Assembly: GCA_964187785.1 (NCBI GenBank)
Contig: OZ076419.1
Location: 54,002,001 to 54,066,000, forward strand
Source of the DNA: Amphiscolops sp. MND2022
Taxonomy: Eukaryota
Length of the DNA stretch: 64,000 nt
Reading direction: 5' to 3'
Positions 22,823-35,400 of this stretch are shown here, piece after piece (position 1 is the first letter of the stretch; the number at the start of each line of letters is the position of its first letter). Made by a program: the position numbers and the translations under genes. The notes beneath the pieces were generated by a model. That model saw nothing but the letters and a program-made list of their open reading frames with translations, did no database searches and was not told the DNA's origin.

Positions 22823-25800
22823 TCAGGGAACCGTGGGGATTCCATCCTCCTCCACTATTCTCTGTGGGTGAAAGTAAGAGGGTCCCTTCTTTAACTGTTC
22901 GTGTGTTGCAATACTGTATTTAGTACGGAAACCTCTGTTAGCGCTCGTTACATTACCTTGATCAAATAGGACTTTTTGATATTCAGCCATTGGTCCATCG
23001 CTACAGTCTTCAATGATACGCTTATTCAGTCTTTTGCTACTGACTTTGTACTCGTTCGACTTTGCATCATAGCAACAATACGTTTTGCTACAAAGACACA
23101 ACATTTCAGTGCAGCTGAATTCCTCTTTGAAAAGACCTGGTTTTCTCTTGGCGTGCCTTTTGTGCTTTTCACAGCATGTGCGTGGGAAAAAATTACCACT
23201 GGAATCCGCTACAAAATTGTCATTGTTGTCTTCACTGCGGAGAAATTCTCATACTTCCTTCTTGTCTTCTTGAATACATTCATACAAGTTGCTTTCAGCT
23301 ATGGCTAGATAGAGTGACTCCGTGCCCATTTCCATTTCTCCATACACGTCGTCATTGCAGAACTCTCTAAAGAAACGGTAGTAGAGTTCAAGCATTCTCA
23401 GTGTTGCGTATTGCGGAAAACAATGATGGGCTCTATGTGCTCTACCTCAGCTTTAGCAAGTTCAACCTCGTATAAAGTGTCATTTATGCATTTCAGTCAT
23501 TTGAACATTTTGTTGTTTATTGCTGCATGGGTTTTTTCAGCGTTCAGAAGCTTTGTGACTGTGTGGCGACTACTATCCACAATCTCATAACCATAGGAAC
23601 TGTTGGCAAGCAGCTTCACCGTCTCTGCCACAACAGTTGAATTTGAATTTTCATCACCTTCTCTTCTAGCGTTCACTGCTGATTGTACAAACTTGTTGGA
23701 GCATTTCATTGGAGTAAACTCCACAAAGCGGTATATTTTTGTACAGACCAGTCCCAAATGCGAATAAAATGAAAACAGCGGAGTAATCAAAGTACTTTTC
23801 CATAGATGGAAAGTAGATATCAACATTCGACGAGGTTGAGAATTTTTCCACAATTTTGTATCCTTTTCCGCCATTTATGTAATCTCTCCTCATTTCGTCT
23901 CATTTCGCGAAATAACCGGTCGTTTCTAACTGCGCTCTACTTCTTTGTCGCTCTTTGTCCTTTTTGGACGCGTATCCTGACAGGGACAGTGGTGACCGTA
24001 GCATCTCGTTGCTTGAAAGACAGTATTGCAGTGACTACAAAAACCGTCCGTACTAAAGGATTTGTATTTCCTTTGCGTTCCGGTAGTAATGTTGCTCTCA
24101 ATTTTACAGTCGGGACGAAGCCGTTGAAAACAAAAGATGACCATATTTTGAAAGCTGCGGGTTCGGTTTTTACAAGGCTTCAATCATTGCGAGTCAGAGG
24201 CCTATTCATATCGACTGTATTACCTGATAGGCACGGGTTGACACATTGGAACCGGGTTAAGTTGACTATCATCAATGTCAACAATGATTTTGCACACATC
24301 TTGTGATTCGCGGATAAACGTCTCGTCCACTACGGCTCTGCGTTTAAAAACAATATAGGACCACCAACCATATCCTCTCTAATATTCTCCTGCAGGTCCT
24401 TGTCAGTCTCAGTGAAGGGATAGAATTCGGGATGAGTAGACTTAGGTAGACAAATGTTTGCTCAACTTGGGAGAGTACCACCCAAATTGAGCATATCAAT
24501 TCCTTTATTGTGGCAAAAGCCAATATTTTTGTGCATGACTTCAAGTGTGGGCACCACATCTTTGTTGATGTACCGGCGCAAGAAAACGTTGAAAATTGTC
24601 GTTTTTTCTTTCTCCCATATTTCAACGAGATACGCATAATTTTGTTCTCCCGTAGGTGGTGAACAAAGTATGTACAACTTTTGCATTGCAGACTCTTGTG
24701 ACAAACCAGTCTGCACTAGCTTCTCTAATCCAGATACTGCTTTTCTAAAGGATTACAATTGCGCAGTTGGCTGTAAAAGCATTTATACGGTGAAAGATGA
24801 TCAAGTGATAGTTTCTCAGCGTAGTCGAACCATTGTCAGGGGAAGAAACATTTTGTCTCCTCAGTTTTGTATGCCTTAAAAAATGAGTCAATGTTTGTTG
24901 CGCTTCCAAGAAAGTTTAAACTCTCCAATAAATGTACATCACCAAACTTGAATGACACGTACCTGTTCGCCTTTATGATCACAAAAGGTTCACGAGCATC
25001 GGCAAGAAAGACGTCTTGATCAGGGTAATATCAAATTCACCGCTGTTGAATCCAAACACTGGTAGTACATTATTTCTTACAAAAAGATCCTGCAATTCAA
25101 TCAATTCCTTCTTTTGCATATGTAGAAACTTTGTAGATACTGACTCTTTTCCCTCTGACTCTGCTTCACCGCACTCAACTTCAAGTGTAAATGTAGCTTC
25201 TGGCCTCAATCGACGCTCATTCAGCAGTTCTATTAAATGTGAGAGCTTACTCTTCATTGCAGTTTCTACCTCATGGAGACTCATTCGCATCTGAGCTTTG
25301 CTCTGAGCTGCCAAACTCTCCAATGCATCCAGAAATGATGACGCTAGATCACGAGGGTTGCAATTACAAATGGAACTGGAATTTTGTAGTAAGTTGGAGG
25401 AGATTGATACATATATCGGATCATGTTGTCCAATCCATTTTGCTGACTCTGTGTCTTTGAAGACATCTTCTCGTACAGAAATTGATTTGAAATCAAAGAG
25501 TGCAACATTTTGAAAGAGTTGCTGCTCGTCCATGTAAGGTATATTGAAGAAATCCAACTTGTCAAAAAGCGTTTCTTTTAACTGGGATACAGTTATTCCA
25601 TACACGTGTTTCGCTCTTCCGTGGCAAGTGGTTTATTGACGTTCAAGATTGCCTGGTCGATTAAAGTAACAATCACACCTCGGACAACGGAAAGCGTTAA
25701 ACAGTGCGTGGATGTTTGCTACATAGCAAATGTGACTGTTATAGCGTAACGACCTAACAGTATTGGAATGCTTCTTCTGCCCACTCCTTCTTGTCAGCTC

Positions 25801-25960
25801 ACCGAAAAGAGGTCATTCCACAATGTTAACATCGTAAAGTAAAATATTGATCCCAGTGCTTTCCTCCACAGTTGGTATATCGTCCATGCAATCACCTTGA
25901 AATGACTCTGGGTAAATTTTTTCTTTCGTTCGCAGGTGAGGGTAAACAGTTTGTTTGTCT
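22823..25960 (-). pseudogene. polB: Protein-primed family B DNA polymerase (pPolB), central and C-terminal part, fragmented
   Basis: Exo-like LFDFKSI and LPVFGFNSGEFDI; RYINKDVVPTLE; DGFCSHCNTVF; motif B KLLANSSYG; CSKTYCC; C-terminal KKGPSYFHPQRIVEEDGI. Confidence 0.9.
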
Positions 25961-27597
25961 CCTCTTCTAGCCCTTCTTTTCCGTGCAAGTGTAAGCACAA
26001 GGCTCTGAACAAGCAAAAAATGTCATTATCAGGTTGCCTTGTGTTTTGCTCAAGTGTGAGGCAGTTGACAGTTCGTACAGGTTCAGGCAGCACTGTATCT
26101 TCCCAACCCATTGGAATATATTTGAGTAGAGCTGCAAAGATTGTTACATTTGTCAGTTTAAGAAAATTCAACATGGTGTTGACTCGTTTACGGGTGCAAG
26201 TCTCAATGGCATCTGTTCCAGCAAGCAAGGTTTCTATGTGTTCCAAGTCGTCTCCGGTACTCAGAATTTTAGACTTCTCCTACAGAGTGTTATTCTCGTG
26301 TGCATAAAAATAACCACAGCTACGGTCTACGATATCTTTTAAAACAATTCCAACAGCCAGATAAATATTAGCAGCACCTTTGAGTTGTCGAAAAACAGAA
26401 TCCAGCGTTGAGTTAACTATTTCAGCACTAAAAGATTTCAATGCGAAATTGAAAACTCTTTGACGACTGCGGGCTTGGGAGCTCCATGCATCTTTGCAAT
26501 GTGGTTATTCAAGTCATTTTTGGACTTGATTGAGAAATTTGGGCATTGAAAGCAATATAATGTCCCAATTGAGCAATTCTTTTTGTGTTTTGTCAGGTTG
26601 TGTTTGGATAATAGAGTTCAAGGCAACTTTCGCATTTCGACCAAGGGCAGTCACTTTGAGCAGAGAAGTGTAGCAAGTCTCTATCTGGAAACGAGCAAAT
26701 AGAAAGGTAACAAAAATTGTAAGTATCTGAAAAAAAGCATGTAGATTTGTAACAGAAAATTGTAACAAGTTTTACTCTTACTGCAAGCAACTACATCGAA
26801 GTATTGTGAAATGAAAAATGAAATGGAAATGTTTAAAACCGGTTTCATGTAATTGGGCAACCATATACGGAAGGTGTGAGTCGCTCAACCATAAAAGGAA
26901 CATTTAACCTACCGTAAATAGATACAGCAAAGATGTACTAACATTAGAGTACACTTCCAAGTACCTGACAGTCACTTTTAATCTCTCTGAACGTTATTTG
27001 CTCAAGTGGGACACGTGTCCTTGCATGGGACGCCGCATTGTGTGAGAACATCACTCCAGGGAAATATATTCCATCAGAAAGATGCGTCTGGGAAAACGGC
27101 TCAAGTGGAAGATTTATCCGACCAGAAAAGATTAGTAGCGTAGGCAGCTGGCAGCAGCTTGTTACCCTTTCATCTTGCATTCCTTGACAATTTACAACGG
27201 TAGACGTAAACTTTGCTTTTGGATACACTTGTTTTAATTTGATACACTTGTTTCACTCTCTTTTGGCAAGTGGTTCATTGACGTCCAAGATTGCATAGTC
27301 GATCGAAGTAACAATCACACGTCGGGTAACGGAAAGCGTTAAGCAGTGCGTGGCTGTTTGCTACATAGCAAATGTGACTATTATAGCGTAACAACCTAAC
27401 AGTATTGGGATGCTTCTGTACACTCCTTCTTTCGAGTTCACTGACAAATATTGATCCCAGTAATTTCCTCCACGGTTGGTATTTCGTCCATGCGAACTCC
27501 TCGAAATGACACTGGCTCAATTCCGTCTTTCCTTTGCAGGTAGAGGTTAAACGGTTTGTCTGTCTCCTCTTCTAGCCCTTCTTTTCCGTGCAAGTGT
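25956..27597. repeat. Circularly permuted copy of 32452-34066
   Basis: 25956-27184 matches 32830-34066 and 27184-27597 matches 32452-32866 (~96%). Novel junction CTTGCATTCC|TTGACAATTT at ~27184. Confidence 0.9.
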
Positions 27598-28400
27598 GAG
27601 CACAAGGCTCTGAACAAGCATAAACTTTCATTATATGGTTGCCTTGTGTTTTGCTCAAAAGTGATGCAGTTGACAGTTCGATTGTTTAGTAGAGATTCAG
27701 GCACTACTGCATCTTCACAACCCATTTGAATATCTTTGAGTAGCGTTCCAAAATTGTCCCATTTGTCAGTTTGAAAAGTTTCCACTTTGTGTTGACTAGT
27801 TCACTGGTACAAGTCTCAATGACATCTTTTCCAGCAAGCAATGTTTTAATGTGTTCCAAGTCGTCTCCAATACTCAGAATTTTCGTCTGTTTTTCTCGTG
27901 TGCAAAAAATTACCGACAGCTAGCGTCTTCGATGATGTTTTGAAACACTTAAAATCAAATCCAACTGCCAGATTACTTTCAGCAGCATATCCGAGTTGTT
28001 GTAACACATAATCCAGCTTTCAGTTAGTTTTTTCAGCACCAAGAGAATTCATTGCGAACTTGAAAATTCTCTGACTCCCTTTTACCAATTGCGAATCAAC
28101 AAAGAAGTGCTGGCATTCAAGTTGTTCTTCTTTGAGGTTGTCATCGTCGATAACATCGAGAAGGGGAGAAGAATCAGCCTTTGTTTTAAAAGTGTGTCCA
28201 TGCAATCGACTTTCAGGTTAACGTATTGCATATAAGCCAGTAAATTTGTCTGCGCCAATCATACAATTTTGGGCAACTGCGGGCTTGGGAGCTCCATGCT
28301 TTTTTGCAATGTGGTAATTCAAGTCACTTTGGGACTTGGTTGAGAAATTGGGGCATTGAGAGCAATATTATTTCCAAACTGAACATTTTTTTTGTTTTGC
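27580..28400 (-). pseudogene. polB: pPolB N-terminal region (resident continuation of 25600-25960)
   Basis: LLKDIQMGCEDAVVPESLLNNRTVNCITFEQNTRQPYNESLCLFRAL. Homologous to 25960-26500 and 32840-33400 but retains ~215 bp that those two copies lack. Confidence 0.75.
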
Positions 28401-30442
28401 CAGGTTTTGTTTGGATGCTAGAGTTTCACAATTGTCGCAGGCAATCTTTGCATTTCGATCAAGGGTAGGCACTTTGAGCAAAAAAGTGTAAAAGTCTCTA
28501 TCTGGAAGCAAACAAAGAGATTTGTAACAAAACATTGTAGGTTTCTGAAAGCTAGCAAGTAGATTTGTAACAGAAAATTGTAACAAGTTTTAGTCTGACA
28601 GCAAACAAATAAATTGACGAAATGTGAAAGGAAAAACGAACCGAATATCCCTAAAACTGATTTCATGTAATTGGTCAACCACATACGGAAGGTGTGAGTC
28701 ACTGAACCATAAACGGAATAGTTAACCTACCATATAAAGAAAAAGTAATTACGCACTAGCGTTAGAGTACCTTTTCAAGTACCTGACAGTCATTTTTAAT
28801 GTCTCGGAACGTTATTTGATCAATAATTGAGTTACTTGGAGCGCCGCATTGTCTGTGAAAACCACTTAAGTGGAACAAGTTTCCTTCAAGGGTCGCCATA
28901 TTCTCTGAGGAAATCAATCACGTGGATCACATTCTCTCAAAAAAACGCCTAAACGTCTGTAAAAACGTCTCAAGTGGAGCAATTATCCGACCATAAAAGA
29001 TTAGTAGCGTGGGTAGCTGACAGCTGGATACCCTTTCATAATTGGAGCAGTTCATGTCTGTTAAATAGCAAGTTCCATCTCTATTTTTGCGGTATTCAAT
29101 TAAAGAAGACGTTCCGGAACAACCTTCGGACGAAGCTGACGTTGACTCGTACTTTTATTGCAACATATTGGACGTTACAAAGACGAAAAATTGGATCGTA
29201 CGAGTCAGCAAGACATCCAAAAAAAGTTATTTGCAATCAAAATCTTTAAATTTTGCCACTTGAAAACTCAACAACGTTTCTTTCTTGACAAAAAACTTTC
29301 CATCACGAAAAAAGAGCTCACGTCGGTGCGAAACAGACTGCGTCACTTTTTGAAACAGTACGACCACGCACGAAAGGCAACTCAATATCCTACCAAAACC
29401 GTTACACTGATTGGCTACACGCTGTGGAAGGACGAACTCGTCTCCAACTGTTATCTAGATATTGAAGAACACACTGATCGTCAACCAAGAACGGAAGCAT
29501 TGAAAGGAACTACGACGTCTCATGGAGACAAAGTCAACCAATAAACGCTCAAAAGAACCAAAAACAAAACGAAGAAGTCCCTAGAGGTGAATGACCGACT
29601 CAGTTTGCTATTGGCAGTTCAATATCACTACAAAGTCAATTTTCAAGCAACTAGAAATCATTTCGTTTCAAAACTAAACTACAATCGAGACACACTACAA
29701 CAAAAACCATGTTCTTCACAGTCTCCAACTACGGAACCCAACCAGCAAGGCACGAGGGAGATGGAAGATGAGGTACGAGCAAGCGTTGGTGATCACGATG
29801 TAATCAGTGACGATGTTCAGTTCCACTGAGAGAATCGGAACTAGAGGTGGACGCAGTGTATTGACCATGCATTGGTACTCTCTTGCCTCCGTCACTATTT
29901 GAAAACTTTCTTTTTGCTGTTAGCGCAGACTAACCCATAGAAATTGACGATTAACAAGATAAAGAGAACGAGTAACCCACGACACCCGAGTAGCAGGGAC
30001 CGATCCAACCGCCACCGCTGCATAGATCTCTGAGTTGTCCATTTGGGACACGACTGGAAATTATACCAAACTCTGTGTATCGTAGCTTGTTTGAATAATT
30101 GTATTTGTTTTGCGTAATCAAATAAATTCTCAATATTCACAATTTCTCTTTGGGCTCGGTCGTATTGTGTGAGACCCTAGCAAAACTAAAAGTTACCTTA
30201 AATATTGCCATGACTGTTAGTTTGTTTATTTCTCAAGTAAAGACTACAGAAAAACTGGGACAAAATCTCAATCCCTGCGTCAAAGATATCAAGGACTAGT
30301 TTATGAAAGGGGAGAATGTTTTAGCAATTTTGAAGAAAACATTATAGGTTGTCTCTGTCCACCACTCTAGGGGTGAACGCTGTGATATATGCTTGTGGTG
30401 GTATTAGGAATGTTAGTCTTGTTCAAAGCGTTTCTCAATTGA

Positions 30443-30857
30443 AATCTGACGTGATGTAAAATTTTTACTTTATAATCTGACGTGACGTAAAAATTTTACT
30501 TTGAATTCTGACACGATGTAAAAGTTTTACTTTAAAATCTGACACGTTACAAAAATTTCACTTCCAAATCTGACACGTTCTAAATATTTTACTTTGGAAT
30601 GTGACAAGGTGAAAATTTTTTTCTTTCAAACCTGTCTTTTTAATAATGTATCGCAAAAAATTGGTTATTTTTTTTGTGTAAAACGGGAAGAAACTTGTCT
30701 TTTTACAAATAGAAACGCATCTCGATCCTGTATTTTTATTGTTTTTTGTATCTCGTTTAATATCTGACAGTTGTAAACATTTGGCAAAAAATTTGACACA
30801 TTTTGTAACATCTGACAGTTGTAAACATTTGGCAAAAAATTTGACACTTTTTGTAAA
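30443..30857 (+). repeat. Non-coding TGAC-core arrays: six 31-bp units (30443-~30625) and a 48-bp tandem pair (30762-30857)
   Basis: Unit consensus AATCTGAC(G/A)(T/C)G...AAAA..TT(T)ACTTT, with starts at 30443, 30474, 30505, 30536, 30567 and 30598. A paralogous array lies at ~37208-37330 and 37420-37500. Confidence 0.9.
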
Positions 30858-31481
30858 ATTTTTCAAAAAATCACACGAATTATAATTTTTTCTGCAAAAG
30901 TGTGCATTTTACCTTCAGTCAATCCCTATCGATCTCTTGTGGCGTTGATTGAATCGTACAGCTCGTTCAACCTTCTCAAATACTTTTCCATTTTTGGTAA
31001 CAATCTCTCCACCAAAAAGATACGTGAACAATGTGGAAATACAGTCGACTAACTGAAATGTAAAACAAAACCTGGACATTTTTCGCTTCAAGTCATTGTT
31101 ATCATTCTCTGCAATGAGCAAAATGTTATATTTACAATTGGGAACACTGCATTGAGAATTATTGTGTTTAGCCACGGAATAGTCTTTGCTGAAAAGATAC
31201 TTTTCATATGTCTTTGCACAAATGTGTACACTCTTTCTAGATTATACAGACTAGAAACTTGGTACAACTTGCATCATCATGCAGACATTTGAACGTTGTG
31301 TTAAACAAAATTAATCTGTTGATTGTTAGCCTAAAAAGAATACTCACGAGACTTCCATGAAAAGAAATGCAATCAATACCTGAAAAGGAAAGGTTATTTG
31401 AATGACAGCACAAAAATTACTTTCAACGAAATGTCTTTCTTCTATGGAAAACGAGGCGTAAACATTTCCAAAATTGGAACA

Positions 31482-31512
31482 GTCACGTGACCATATAATA
31501 GTAGTATATAAG
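31482..31512. promoter_or_regulatory. Palindromic E-box GTCACGTGAC plus TATATAAG between divergent Polinton ORF starts
   Basis: GTCACGTGAC at 31482-31491, TATA at 31505-31512, + strand ATG at 31560, - strand ATG at 31465. The paralog CTCACGTGAC is at 38556-38565. Confidence 0.5.
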
Positions 31513-32499
31513 CAAACGCAATTTCAACCATAGTTTCGTTAAATCAGAATCGCTAAAAAATGTCTGTTCCAGAACCCAACACAGACTCTGGCGATTATAA
31601 CCATCAAACCTACTTCACCCAGAACTCACTCTTGACAAGAACCAGCAGCGAAATGTCGGTCGAAATTGAATCTGCAAAGAATGCAATTTTGGACAAACTT
31701 TGTGGACTTTGGCAAGCACCAACCCATATTTGGACAATTTTTGAAGTCCTAAGCAAAAAATATACTTGGAGGTGCAATTCAAAAATTTTAAAATGGATAT
31801 TGCCAACGAATTCAAGCAATAGCAATGTGTTTCGCTGGGGCAATACAACTTTAAGCAGTTCTTGAGGTTGCGAAATTAGTTGATTGTTGTTGCAGACAAC
31901 TTTACAAAGAAGGAATGTTCGCCTCAGGTCAATGTTATCAAGACACATTGACGAACAACTGAAGCACGTTCACAAAGTGATCGGTATTGCAGAGGGGGTT
32001 AAGTGCAAAACGTGTGTTACATTGCTGCAGTACGAGGAAGACATTCCTGAAACATCCTACCCGCAGATACTACGCTTTATACGCAGGACGGCGGTAGAAA
32101 ATTTCTAACAGTTTGTCTAAGTGAACTATAGAATTGATGAAATTATTTTTTTGTTAGATATATTGATTTCTGCTTGTGATAAAGTACTTGATAATGAACA
32201 ACTCTAAAAGATTGTTTGAATAAAATGCAAACTCTTCTTCACAATTTTCATTTTTCCAATCAACTTAGTGAGAATGAGTTGGAACTTTGGAGAAACTAGA
32301 AACTTGTTTAATAAATTACGAACACAATTGGGACATTTTCACGTTGTCCCTATAACACCAAAATCTTCTCTCAACAAAATTACTCTAACGATAGCTAAAC
32401 TGCAACAATTATCAGAGCTCAAACAATGCGGAGACGAAATTTCTTGCGTTGTTGACAATTTACAACAGTAGACGTAAACTTTGCTTTTGGATACACTTG

Positions 32500-35400
32500 T
32501 TTTAAATTGATACACTTGTTTCACTCTCTTTTGGCAAGTGGTTCATTGACGTCCAAGATTGCCTAGTCGATCGAAGTAACAATCACACGTCGGGTAACGG
32601 AAAGCGTTAAGCAGTGCGTGGCTGTTTGCTACATAGCAAATGTGACTATTATAGCGTAACAACTTAACAGTATTGGGATGCTTCTGTACACTCCTTCTTG
32701 CGAGCTCACTGACAGATATTGATCCCAGTAATTTCCTCCACGGTTGGTATTTCATCCATGCGAACTCCTCGAATTGACACTGCCTCAATTCCGTCTTTCC
32801 TTTGCAGGTAGAGGTTAAACGGTTTGTCTGTCTCCTCTTCTAGCCCTTCTTTTCCGTGCAAGTGTAAGCACAAGGCTCTGAACAAGCATAAAATGTCATT
32901 ATCAGGTTGCCTTATGTTTTGCTCAAGTGTGAGGCAGTTGAAAAATCGTACAGGTTCAGGCAGCACTGTATCTTCCCAACCCATTGGAATATATTTGAGT
33001 AGAGCTGCAAAAATTGTTACATTTGTCAGTTTAAGAAAATTCAACATAGTGTTGACTCGTTTACGGGTGTAAGTCTCAATGACGTCTGTTCCAGCAAGCA
33101 AGGTTTCAAAGTGTTCCAAGTCGTCTCCAGTACTCAGAATTTTAGACTTCTCCTACAGAGTGTTATTCTCGGTATTCTCGTGTGCATAAAAATAACCACA
33201 GCTACAGTCTTCGATATCTTTTAAAACAATTCCAACAGCCAGATAAATATTAGCAGCACCTTTGAGTTGTCGAAGAACATAATCCAGCGTTGAGTTAACT
33301 ATTTCAGCACTAAAAGATTTCAATGCGAATATGAAAACTCTTTGACGACTGCGGGCTTGGGAGCTCCATGCGTCTTTGCAATGTGGTTATTCAAGTCATT
33401 TTTGGACTTGATTGAGAAATTTGGCCATTGAGAGCAATATAATGTCCCAATTGAGCAATTCTTTTTGTGTTTTGTCAGGTTGTGTTTGGATAATAGAGTT
33501 CAAGGCAACCTTTGCATTTCGATCAAGGGCAGTCACTTTGAGCAGAGAATTGTAGCAAGTTTTTATCTGGAAACGAGCAAAAAGAAAGGTAACAAAAATT
33601 GTAAGTATCTGAAAGAAAGCAGGTAGATTTGTAACAGAAAATTGTAACAAGTTCCACTCTTACTGCAAGCAACTACATCGAAGTATTGTGAAATGAAAAA
33701 TGAAATGGAAATGTTTAAAACCGGTTTTATGTAATTGGGCAACCATATACGGAAGGTGTGAGTCGCTCAACCAAAAAAGGAACATTTAACCTACCGTAAA
33801 TAGAGACAGCAAAGACGTACTAGCATTAGAGTACACTTCCAAGTACCTGACAGTCACTTTTAATCTCTCTGAACGTTATTTTCTCAAGTGGGACACGTGT
33901 CCCTGCATGGGACGCCGCATTGTGTGAGAACATCACTCCAGGGGATTATATTCCATCGAAAAGATGCGTCTGGGAAAACGGCTCAAGTGGAATATTTATC
34001 CGACCAGAAAAGATTAGTAGCGTAGGCAGCTGGCAGCAGCTTGTTACCCTTTCATCTTGCATTCCTTTAATTAATTTCCAATATTGGAAATAAACAACAC
34101 TGTTAGCATAATGGTTAAAATCAAAATCACGTGTTCTTCAAACGTAAAGTCACGTACTGTTCATCGCATTATCATTTTATTGCACAGTTGAAGGCCTTGC
34201 TTTTATCCACTACACTAAATTACACAAATCGCTTTAAAACAAACTTTCTTTTAGAGCAGTTCACATCTGGTAAACAACAACAACTTCCGTATCTATTTTT
34301 GCTGTATTCATGTTATGACGACGTTCCGGAACAGCCTTTGGACGAAGCTGACGTTGACGTGTACTTTTATTGCGACAAATTGGACGTTACAAAGACGAAA
34401 ATTGGATCGTACGAGTCAGCAAGTGATCCAATAAAAAATTATTTCCATTCAAAAATTTAACCTTTTGCGACTTTTCCATTCAAAACTAAACAACGCTTTT
34501 TTCATGACGAGAATAATTCCGTCACGAAAACAGAGACCAAACAGACTGTGTCACTGTTTGTTTAAAACAGTAAGAGCACGCACGAAAGGCCACTCTATAT
34601 CCCTACCAAAACCGGTATATGAGATTGGCTTCACGCTGTGGAAGGGCGAGCTTTTCTGACACTGTTATCTAGAGAATAAAGAACACACTGATCTTCAATT
34701 GCGTTTGTCTTTCCGCTTTGCAAAAGACAAAAATTGTTTTGTTTCATTGGAAAAGTTTCTGTATAGTGGAAATCAGTTTGTAGTGACAGAAATTAACAAC
34801 TTCAATCACTACGAACTGTTAGAACTGTATAAGGACTGCTAACATATATCGACCAAGAACAGAATTATTGAAAAGAACTACGGCCCTTGATTGACAACAA
34901 AGACAACCAATTAACGCTCAAAAGAACTACCAACAAAAAGAACAAGTCCATTTAGGAAAATGATCGTGTCAGTTTCCTATTGGTTGTTCAATATCACTAC
35001 AAAGACATTTTCCAAGCAACTAGAAGTAATTTCAATTCAAAACTAACTACAATCAAGACACTCTACAAGAAAAACAATGTTCTTTTTAGTCTCTAACAAC
35101 GGAACCCTGGCGACTTTGGACTTCTCACCAGACTCTGTCACACTCATAGTTAGAGATATCGTCTAAGGCTTGACAATTTCCTCCTTGGAATTTCCAATCG
35201 CAGCCTCCAACGCTTTGATAAAACAAAGACAATAGTTCCTGGACAACCATTTAGCTCGCGTCCTCATAACTCTCAACCAGCAAGGCGGGTGAGAGATGCA
35301 AGACGAGGTACGAGTCAGCGTTGGTGAGCATGATGTGAGCAGTGAAATTGCTCCAAGCGACCTGGACAATGGTCAGTTTCACTGGGAGAATCAGAACGTA

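Noticed and set aside
30443-30625. 31-bp repeats as a CRISPR array
   Set aside because: The units are contiguous with no unique spacers, there are no cas genes, and the context is eukaryotic.
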